Shown piece after piece: positions 1 through 7,042 of a DNA stretch of 28,289 nucleotides. The notes under the pieces were generated by a model, which saw nothing but the letters and a program-made list of their open reading frames with translations, made no database searches and had not been told where the DNA came from. Made by a program: the position numbers and the translations under genes. Within the stretch, counting starts at the first letter, position 1; every line of letters starts with the position of its first letter. Source of the stretch: Candidatus Heimdallarchaeota archaeon (GTDB lineage Archaea > Asgardarchaeota > Heimdallarchaeia > Heimdallarchaeales > Heimdallarchaeaceae); the NCBI GenBank assembly GCA_016840095.1, contig JAEOSZ010000065.1, forward strand, positions 1 through 28,289. Direction: 5' to 3'.

Positions 1-2
1 CT

Positions 3-284
3 AAACCCTATATAGGACAAAGATGTGGTGGAGAAACGCAAGAAAATATTGGGGATATCATCTTATATAAAAAGGATAAATGGGATGGACTAGTTCACCT
101 CTATCCATTTACTTGTATGCCTGAGATCATTACCCGAAGTATAGCTCCTCAAGTAAGTAAGGAGTATGATATGCCTTTCTTATCTTTAGTTATCGATGAA
201 CATACAGGTGAAGCAGGATTTCAAACAAGACTTGAAGCCTTTGTTGATCTGCTACGTCGAAAGAAAAAGAAAATAGTAACATGA
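3..284 (+). CDS. 3' end of a 2-hydroxyacyl-CoA dehydratase / CoA-enzyme activase-associated protein (truncated by window start)
   Basis: Not in the ORF track; my translation from position 3 reads KPYIGQRCGGETQENIG...GLVHLYPFTCMPEII...PFLSLVIDEHTGEAGFQTRLEAFVDLLRRKKKKIVT*. PFxCMPE and DEHTGEAGxxTRLEAF are typical C-terminal motifs of this family. Confidence 0.8.
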   Translation, partial: KPYIGQRCGGETQENIGDIILYKKDKWDGLVHLYPFTCMPEIITRSIAPQVSKEYDMPFLSLVIDEHTGEAGFQTRLEAFVDLLRRKKKKIVT

Positions 285-287
285 TGA

Positions 288-1466
288 CTAATGATTTGAT
301 TCTACCCTTATTATTTGCTCTAATCTTCTTATTAGTTGTTCCCATTCTTTTTCTTTTTTCAGCACTTTTAGATCATCTCGATTGTTTAAATTATCTAGCA
401 ACCTCGCAGGATTTTCTACACCTAAATCTATGGACTTGTTGAATATTTGAATAGATTTCCCAAGCTCTTTGTTTCTAGCAAGAATTACTGCATATAATAA
501 CCAATGACTAACTTGTGCTCTTTCATGTTTAACTGCTTTTTCTATATAGTTCAAACCTTCCTTGGGTTGATTGAGATAGAGAGCTTTGTACCAAGAATTC
601 TCTATAAGATTTTGAAATTCATCGAAACAACCAACAGCAGCTGTATAGTTCTGAATCTTCTTTAGTCCTGCTTTCTCAGCTGTTTTCCAAGAAGCATCAT
701 TATGTTCACTACAATGCCATCCAAGTTCTAACTTATTTTCAATGCAATATTCAATAGCAGCTGAAACAACCAAAGTCGCAAATCCTTTTCTTCTGTATGA
801 AGAAATGGTTCCAATACCCATTTCTATCTTATCTTCTGTTGCCCAGTCAGCCATACCATAACTAACAATTTCAAGATCATCTTTTACTAAACAAAATCCA
901 AAACCTCTAGCAAGAAAATCTTCTGTTGACTTCCAGCTTTCTTTAATCCAGTTGGTCACTTCTTTGAAATTCTCCAAAGAATCTCTCTTTAAGAAATTTG
1001 AATCAACTTTTTCCATAGAAAACCCTACATCTATTAGTTTTCTCCAATTGGGAATCTTGAGTTTTTCTAACTTATAATGACATCTTTTTAGTTCTATATA
1101 ATCTTTGAAACCAAAATCCTCTTCAATTTTCTTGTTCCATTTATCATCATCGTAATAAATAACCCATTCATTATTGTTGAACTCTGGATTTGTTTCTGCA
1201 CCTAGTTTCTCAGCTTCAGGAAATATGATTTCTTGAATAATTTTACTTATATGCTTGTTAAAATCCCTATTGTCTGGATCTCCAGCTAAATACGAACTCC
1301 AGCCATTATCTACCAGTAAACCTGACTGTGGTTGTTCCTTGTTGTCTACCCAAACTCTTCCTTCAGAATCTCCATTAATCACAGCTAAACTATTGAGATT
1401 AAAGAAAACTCCTTGAAACAAGTTCTTTACTCTTTGAAATTCTGATTTTTTTATCTCTTCGATCAC
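288..1466 (-). CDS. GNAT-family acetyltransferase (GNAT_acetyltran/PF12746-like) with C-terminal TPR-like helical extension
   Basis: Acetyl-CoA-binding motif YRRKGFA, plus GFGFCLV, IEMGIGT and WHCSEHNDASWKTAEKAG. The last ~110 aa are helical/TPR-like. GTG start with GGTGA SD at 1474-1478. Confidence 0.85.
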   Translation of the reverse strand: MIEEIKKSEFQRVKNLFQGVFFNLNSLAVINGDSEGRVWVDNKEQPQSGLLVDNGWSSYLAGDPDNRDFNKHISKIIQEIIFPEAEKLGAETNPEFNNNEWVIYYDDDKWNKKIEEDFGFKDYIELKRCHYKLEKLKIPNWRKLIDVGFSMEKVDSNFLKRDSLENFKEVTNWIKESWKSTEDFLARGFGFCLVKDDLEIVSYGMADWATEDKIEMGIGTISSYRRKGFATLVVSAAIEYCIENKLELGWHCSEHNDASWKTAEKAGLKKIQNYTAAVGCFDEFQNLIENSWYKALYLNQPKEGLNYIEKAVKHERAQVSHWLLYAVILARNKELGKSIQIFNKSIDLGVENPARLLDNLNNRDDLKVLKKEKEWEQLIRRLEQIIRVESNH

Positions 1467-1700
1467 TTTTTCATCACCGTTTTGAGGAGAGTGATAATGA
1501 TTCTGACGTAATTAAATGCTCAAAAGGTTTTGAAAACAGGCTTCTTTGTTACTGAGTTATACAGCTGTTAAAGGTGTCAATGTTCTCTCTTTGACAATTT
1601 GAGAATCCAATTTACTATCACTTTGAATCATATAATCACTGACACCTCCATTGTGTGTTTTACTAAAATGAGAATGTTATACTTATAATTCTTTTCTTTC
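1467..1700 (-). promoter_or_regulatory. Promoter plus ~190-nt structured leader (candidate translational attenuator) of the GNAT gene
   Basis: BRE/TATA at about 1700-1682. Complementary segments found by hand: 1649-1637 with 1582-1570; 1596-1591 with 1580-1575; 1640-1625 with 1503-1490; 1497-1490 with 1478-1471 (covers the GNAT SD); 1528-1519 with 1486-1476. Confidence 0.5.
1557..1631 (-). CDS. Putative 24-aa leader peptide (MIQSDSKLDSQIVKERTLTPLTAV) upstream of the GNAT gene
   Basis: ATG at 1631 and TAA at 1557-1559. Strong SD GGAGGTG (1649-1643) 11 nt upstream. TATA-like TTATAAG (1688-1682) with purine-rich BRE-like GAAAGAAAAG just upstream. Confidence 0.5.
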   Translation of the reverse strand: MIQSDSKLDSQIVKERTLTPLTAV

Positions 1701-1704
1701 GAAA

Positions 1705-2409
1705 TTATTCTCTGAAGAAGTCAGTTATTCTCTTTTGTCTATATTTCTTATAGACTCCACCTTCATTACTCCATGAAATTCCTTCAGCTTTTTCAGGAGT
1801 TAGTGGAATACCCTCAGTGTCTCTTTGAATTATTGATTTTACTTCAGAATACCCTTGGTAACTATACCCGAAATTTACTACAGCTTCATTAGCTGCTTCT
1901 CTTACTTCTTGTTTGTTGTAATGCAAAGCAGCTGTCAAAGGAATTATTGCTTCTGGATCTTTTAATTCTTTGAGAGCAGCTATAAGAGATTTTACAGCAG
2001 GTTCACCAATTTTTTCCAAAGCATAAACAGCATACTCTCTAACTATATCTTCCTCTTCTTCATCCTTGAGTGTAGCAATCAATGGAGCAATTGCTCTTTT
2101 GTTTCCAATCTTACCAAGTGTTTCAACTGCACAAACTCTTACTCTACTTTGAGAATTGCTCAATTCAGATATGAGCTGTGGGACAGCTTTTGAACCAATT
2201 TTTGTAAGAGCTTTTGATGCTACAAAACGAATGTCTTTATCTTCATCTCTAAGAGCAATAATCAGAGGATCTATAACAGGTTCACCAAATTTTATGAGTG
2301 CATTGACTGTTCTGGAAATTGTTCTTGTATTCTTATCTTTCAACTCTGAAATTAGAGCCAGAATATCTCCAGTATTCTCAAACTTTTCAATGTACTTATC
2401 TACACTCAT
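1705..2409 (-). CDS. HEAT-repeat (PBS-lyase type) protein with C-terminal PIP-box-like motif
   Basis: Repeated LIxALxDxDxxVRxxAxxALxKIG units; the C-terminus ends in QKRITDFFRE. Confidence 0.85.
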   Translation of the reverse strand: MSVDKYIEKFENTGDILALISELKDKNTRTISRTVNALIKFGEPVIDPLIIALRDEDKDIRFVASKALTKIGSKAVPQLISELSNSQSRVRVCAVETLGKIGNKRAIAPLIATLKDEEEEDIVREYAVYALEKIGEPAVKSLIAALKELKDPEAIIPLTAALHYNKQEVREAANEAVVNFGYSYQGYSEVKSIIQRDTEGIPLTPEKAEGISWSNEGGVYKKYRQKRITDFFRE

Positions 2410-2513
2410 AATAATTCCTGCTTAGGATAAAGGTTGAACCGACAATATAATTTCTTTTTCAACCACTATATAAAGAGATTCCCTTGTCTTACTAACTATA
2501 TATAATACGTTAA

Positions 2514-2559
2514 TTTGTTTTATACAAAGTAATCAGTACTGATTTTAATATAAAACAAA
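2514..2559. repeat. Imperfect inverted repeat / hairpin in the intergenic region
   Basis: TTTGTTTTATA (2514-2524) and TATAAAACAAA (2549-2559) enclose the perfect palindrome AATCAGTACTGATT (2531-2544). Confidence 0.7.
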
Positions 2560-2619
2560 AAAAAATAGAAGGAGAGTTTCTTTTCTTCTCTCTTCGTACT
2601 GCTTTAGTTTCTTATGAAC

Positions 2620-2639
2620 ATAGAAAGCTAGCTTTCTAT
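2620..2639. repeat. Perfect 20-bp palindrome overlapping the stop codon of the 2636-3592 gene (possible terminator or 3'-end element)
   Basis: ATAGAAAGCTAGCTTTCTAT equals its own reverse complement. Confidence 0.75.
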
Positions 2640-3592
2640 TTTTTTGTTGAATCCTTTTTCTTGATTTTATCACGAACAAATTGTGATGGTTTAACTAAAG
2701 TAACAGAAACAAGTTTTGCCATAGGTTTTTTATCTGGCCATATAGTTTCATAACCAATTACCATTACTATTAGTCCTGCTGAAACTGCACTGAATATAAT
2801 CGTAAGTGTCTTATAAATAGCTAACTCAGCAGGAATTTCTGACTCTCCCCATACTAGATGTACTCTATATGTGAAACCAGTACTAGTGTCAAAAGCTTCT
2901 GAGAGCCAACCATCTCCAACTCTAATTTGTGTAACTGAATCAACTTCTAGATAGATATTGGGTGAATCCAAAGGTGAAGGAATTTTGCAACATAGTTCCA
3001 TGAGATCAAAGAGAATTATAGGTGCATTCGGATCTTCTACTATCGATTGTGAAACAACTGATGAATGTGAATTTTGTAATTTCACAGGTAACATAGGCAT
3101 AGGTCCCCAGCAGTCTTGATCATCACAAAAACCAAATCCTCCTCCTCCGCCACCTCCTTGTTTAATAGTAGGCATCGTTGAAATAAATTTATCGTTTATT
3201 GGCTCAATTATAATCCAATTATGACATTCATTCTTAAACATGTCATCGCTAATTACAAATTCAATATGTTGAGCGTCTACTATTGTTACATTGCAATAGG
3301 TAGAATTCCAACCTTTATACGCAATTAAATCTGAATTACTGTAAGTATCGTTTTCAGCAAGATGGGAAATAGTATAATTTGTTATGGTAGATTTATCCTC
3401 ACATATCTTTCCAGTCATTAATCCTGAACTCTGAAAGTCTGTTATGTTGAAAGTTATTTCAGGAGCAGACGAATCACTCGCATTCAATGATGTTCCATTG
3501 TCAACAGCTTGTATAGACATTTTAGAAGAAGACAAAAGAACAAATACTGAGATTATTATCAAGATTCCAAGAATTTTATGAGTTTTTTTCAT
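2636..3592 (-). CDS. Secreted, C-terminally membrane-anchored surface protein of unknown family (paralog A; Ig-like segments plus poly-Gly/CDDxxCWGP motif)
   Basis: Signal peptide MKKTHKILGILIIISVFVLL, several NxS/T sequons, two DxxAPxI segment starts, C-terminal TM helix and basic tail. Aligns by eye with 6124-6957. Confidence 0.75.
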   Translation of the reverse strand: MKKTHKILGILIIISVFVLLSSSKMSIQAVDNGTSLNASDSSAPEITFNITDFQSSGLMTGKICEDKSTITNYTISHLAENDTYSNSDLIAYKGWNSTYCNVTIVDAQHIEFVISDDMFKNECHNWIIIEPINDKFISTMPTIKQGGGGGGGFGFCDDQDCWGPMPMLPVKLQNSHSSVVSQSIVEDPNAPIILFDLMELCCKIPSPLDSPNIYLEVDSVTQIRVGDGWLSEAFDTSTGFTYRVHLVWGESEIPAELAIYKTLTIIFSAVSAGLIVMVIGYETIWPDKKPMAKLVSVTLVKPSQFVRDKIKKKDSTKK

Positions 3593-3630
3593 AATGCATA
3601 TGCTATTACATCTAACTACTTAAATTTTGT
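3593..3630 (-). promoter_or_regulatory. Archaeal TATA promoter, leaderless transcript of paralog A
   Basis: ACAAAAT-TTAAGTA (TATA-like at 3623-3617) lies exactly 24 nt upstream of the ATG, with no SD. Confidence 0.55.
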
Positions 3631-3781
3631 GCATAATGGATATTTTACCAATTTTTACCTTGAATCTTTGTATTTTTTCTTTTTTTATGTGAAATATCTC
3701 TTCTACAGTTGTAATTTTCTTAAAAAAAGGCAATTTTTATATTTAGGAAAGAGACATACATTTTTGTTTGAGGATTTCTGA

Positions 3782-6079
3782 ATGTCCGGTGATTTAGATG
3801 ATATCTTAGAAGAAATTGATTTTCTCCATAAAGATGGAAGATTCACTATTGCTTTAGAGAAAATAGAAGACACTTTAGAAACCCTCTGGCAAGACGACTT
3901 TAATCCGGAAATTATACTAAAGTTCAACATTAAGAGACTATCAATTTTAGTTGAAGCTAAAGAGTTTGATAGTGCTCAACTACTATTTGAACAGCTGACA
4001 GACGATATTGAGGAACTTGATTTAGGTTTCTTTCATATAGATATTCTTTTAGAAAAATCACTGATATGTTCTAATCTAAGAAAGTTTGAAGACTGTGAGG
4101 TTTATCTCCAACAAGTAGAAGATGCTTTATCTCTATTTAAAAGAGGTGAGAGTGAATCCTTTCTTCAAAGAAAAGCTAGGTTTAGCAAGGTTAAAGGAAT
4201 TCATAATTTTCTTGCATATAATTTTATGGAAGCTATAGAATCTTTTGAAGAAAGTCTAAAAGTGAGTAGAAAACTGGAAGATGTGTATGGAATCGCAGAC
4301 AGTTTATTATGGACTGGAAAATCTCTTTATTATCTAGGAGAATATGAAACAGCAGCTAGTTTTTGGGATCAAAGCTATGAAATTTTTAGAGATCTTGACC
4401 TGAAAAGACCTGTTGCTGATTATTATATGTATCAAGCTGGAGCTTATTACAATCAAGGTTTATTGAGTCAGGCTTTAGAAACAGTTAGTAAGAGTCTTAC
4501 CATTTATGAAGATTTAAAAGATGAAGTTTCTCTCGCCATTGCATATCATAGAATTGGATATATCTATAGGCATTCTGGAAATCATGAAAAAGCACTTGAG
4601 AATTACTTTAGAAGTAAGTCAATTTACGAGAAAAAAAACCTAGTACATGAGAAAGCAAAAGCAATCTTAGATATTGCAGGTATAAATCAAGATTTGGGAG
4701 AATATGATGTAGCTTTACAAGGATTACACGAATACCACAAAATCAAAAGAGATTGTAATGATATCCCAACCGTTGGAATTGCTCTTAATAATATTGGACG
4801 ATTATACTTAACTCTTGGAGAGTTAGATGAAGCTGAAGAAAGTTTTAATGAAGCATTAGAATTAATTAAACAACACGATAGAGCAGAATCTCTAAGTAAT
4901 ATTTACTATTCTCTTGGACTTCTATCTCAACAAAAAGGAGATTTAGAGGGATCATCAAAATATCTTTTGCAAAGCCTTCAATTGAGAGAAAAAATAAACA
5001 AGGTTTATCTAATCTCCCATTCATTAAAACACCTAATTCAAGTTAATCTGAATTTAAAACTAACAAAGATAGCTGAAGGATTCTTAAATAAACTGAAGTT
5101 TCTAGCAAAAGAAACAGAAAATCCAAACATAGCACGGCTATTTAGATTAGCTGAAGCTATTTTTCTGAAAGATTCAGGCAGTGAAAGAGACATTCAAAAA
5201 TCTGCTGTTCTGTTTGAACAACTAGCAAGAGAGGAAGCAGTTGAATCCAATGTTACTGTTGAATCACTACTTAACTTGACAGAGATTTTAATTTGGGAGA
5301 TTTCAAAAACTGGAAATGAGGTTATACTTGAGGAAATTAATGAAAACCTTGACAAGCTTGAGGGAATTGCTACAAGACAAAACTCATTTGTTTTACTTAT
5401 TGAAGTAATGCTTCTAAAAGCAGAAATTGCCTTAGTTGAGCTCAAAGTAGAAGAAGCTCAACTAATTTTGACTGAAGCACTTACTATTGCGGAAGAGAAA
5501 AAAATAATTCAACTAGCTATTAGAATCTCAAACGAATATGATGACTTGTTAGAACAGTTAGATATGTGGGAAGATTTTACAATGAAATTACCATCTATAG
5601 CCGAAAAATTAGAACTTTCCCATATTGAAGATAGATTAAAACAAATCGTTGGAAGAAGATCAGTTCTAGGACCAGAAGTAGAAAGCGAAATTGAACTTCC
5701 TATAATGTTTCTTATACAATCGAAGGAAGGAGTAATTCTCTATTCTGAATATTTTGATGAAGATATGGGTGAAAGAATTTATGATGATGTTTTAATATCC
5801 ATTAAAGAATCCTCTACTAAATTAATTGCTAATAAGCAAGTTAGAGTGAAAACAAAGGAGTTCACCTTTTTAGTAAATGAATTTAATGGAATACATATTA
5901 GTTATATCTTTGTAGGAAAGTCGTACAATGGAGTAATGAAGTTAAATAGGTTTTTTGAGTTAATTAAAATAGAAAAAGAGTTAAGGAATCTAATTGAGAA
6001 TGCTTCTAAAAACAATCAATCTTTGAACCATGAAGAGAGAATTAGAATATCTAAACATGTTGAGGATATATTCACATGA
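3782..6079 (+). CDS. Long tetratricopeptide-repeat protein with possible C-terminal longin-like domain (Asgard-type)
   Basis: Many ~40-aa TPR units (e.g. IAYHRIGYIYRHSGNHEKALENY, IALNNIGRLYLTLGELDEAEESFNEAL). The tail PIMFLIQSKEGVILYSEYF...FTFLVNEFNGIHISYIFVG has a longin-like beta/alpha pattern, which is inference. Confidence 0.85.
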   Translation: MSGDLDDILEEIDFLHKDGRFTIALEKIEDTLETLWQDDFNPEIILKFNIKRLSILVEAKEFDSAQLLFEQLTDDIEELDLGFFHIDILLEKSLICSNLRKFEDCEVYLQQVEDALSLFKRGESESFLQRKARFSKVKGIHNFLAYNFMEAIESFEESLKVSRKLEDVYGIADSLLWTGKSLYYLGEYETAASFWDQSYEIFRDLDLKRPVADYYMYQAGAYYNQGLLSQALETVSKSLTIYEDLKDEVSLAIAYHRIGYIYRHSGNHEKALENYFRSKSIYEKKNLVHEKAKAILDIAGINQDLGEYDVALQGLHEYHKIKRDCNDIPTVGIALNNIGRLYLTLGELDEAEESFNEALELIKQHDRAESLSNIYYSLGLLSQQKGDLEGSSKYLLQSLQLREKINKVYLISHSLKHLIQVNLNLKLTKIAEGFLNKLKFLAKETENPNIARLFRLAEAIFLKDSGSERDIQKSAVLFEQLAREEAVESNVTVESLLNLTEILIWEISKTGNEVILEEINENLDKLEGIATRQNSFVLLIEVMLLKAEIALVELKVEEAQLILTEALTIAEEKKIIQLAIRISNEYDDLLEQLDMWEDFTMKLPSIAEKLELSHIEDRLKQIVGRRSVLGPEVESEIELPIMFLIQSKEGVILYSEYFDEDMGERIYDDVLISIKESSTKLIANKQVRVKTKEFTFLVNEFNGIHISYIFVGKSYNGVMKLNRFFELIKIEKELRNLIENASKNNQSLNHEERIRISKHVEDIFT

Positions 6080-6123
6080 AAACTAACTAAAGTCATCTTT
6101 AATAAAGAAAAAAAAGGAAGCTC

Positions 6124-6957
6124 TTAGTGTTTGAATTTCTTTCGTTTAACATATAATGCAATGATTGCTATGAAAAAGAAACTACTAAAAGCAAAATAAG
6201 AACTTTCTAAAGTTGGTGTTGGGATATCCTCCTCAGCTGACCAAGTTATGTTAATCCATTGTTCAATTCCTTCCGTATTATTGGCAAAATATGATTTCAT
6301 TTCTGGATAAATGTCTACATCAGTATTATTTACACCTGATTCATAATCGGTATGATTTAGATAAATGACGTTTCCACAACATGGAAAACTAGTTAAATCA
6401 AAGAAAGCAGTCGGAGCTGTAGTATCAGTAACAATTGTATGAAGTTCATAATCATTTAGATTGTTAAAATGATTAGGTTGTAGAGGAACTGGTCCCCAGC
6501 AATGTATATCATCGCAGAACATGAATCCTCCACCACCACCTGCACCTCCAGGTTGGTTAATTGTTGGATTTGGAGTTGGTGCAACACCATCATTAGTTGC
6601 TTCTATGTAAAGATAATTGTGATATCCAGTTATTTGATTAAAAGCTGTATTTGCATTGATTTGAAATTCGATAAGGTTTAAAGTATTTGTAGTGTAAATC
6701 AGAGATGGTATTGTTGAGCCATTTAGTAAAATTTGATGATTGTATATATTAGAATCATCTTCAATTATTGAACCAAAGATTTCTCCTGTTGCGTTGTAGG
6801 AAGAAATATTTAGAAGAATTGTAGGAGCTGAGAAATCAATAATGTCAGTAGAATTAATTTCTTTATTTTCTCTAAAATCTTCCAAAGCTAAACTATCCTT
6901 TGGTGTAAACAAAGCAAGGAGAATTAATAGACATGAAATTGCTACTATTTTTCTCAT
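6124..6957 (-). CDS. Secreted, C-terminally anchored surface protein (paralog B of 2636-3592)
   Basis: Signal peptide, DFSAPTI and DTTAPT segment starts, GGAGGGGGFMFCDDIHCWGPVP, CC, a PTPT linker, then TM helix and KRKKFKH (CTERM-like sorting tail). Confidence 0.75.
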   Translation of the reverse strand: MRKIVAISCLLILLALFTPKDSLALEDFRENKEINSTDIIDFSAPTILLNISSYNATGEIFGSIIEDDSNIYNHQILLNGSTIPSLIYTTNTLNLIEFQINANTAFNQITGYHNYLYIEATNDGVAPTPNPTINQPGGAGGGGGFMFCDDIHCWGPVPLQPNHFNNLNDYELHTIVTDTTAPTAFFDLTSFPCCGNVIYLNHTDYESGVNNTDVDIYPEMKSYFANNTEGIEQWINITWSAEEDIPTPTLESSYFAFSSFFFIAIIALYVKRKKFKH

Positions 6958-6995
6958 AATATCTACTTTAGACCTTTCAAATACTTAAGGATTGT
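6958..6995 (-). promoter_or_regulatory. Archaeal TATA promoter, leaderless transcript of paralog B
   Basis: ACAATCC-TTAAGTA (TATA-like at 6988-6982) lies exactly 24 nt upstream of the ATG, the same geometry as paralog A. Confidence 0.55.
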
Positions 6996-7042
6996 CTTCA
7001 CAAGTCATTAAATAAAAATCTTTAACGTAGAGAGTAAGACCT

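Noticed and set aside
282-290. TGA read-through (selenocysteine) at the end of the first CDS
   Set aside because: The tandem TGATGA falls at the natural family C-terminus and abuts the convergent gene.
3095-3135. CWGP resemblance to furin-like Cys-rich repeats of EGFR/insulin receptors
   Set aside because: Only four residues match, and the dense Cys spacing of furin-like domains is absent.
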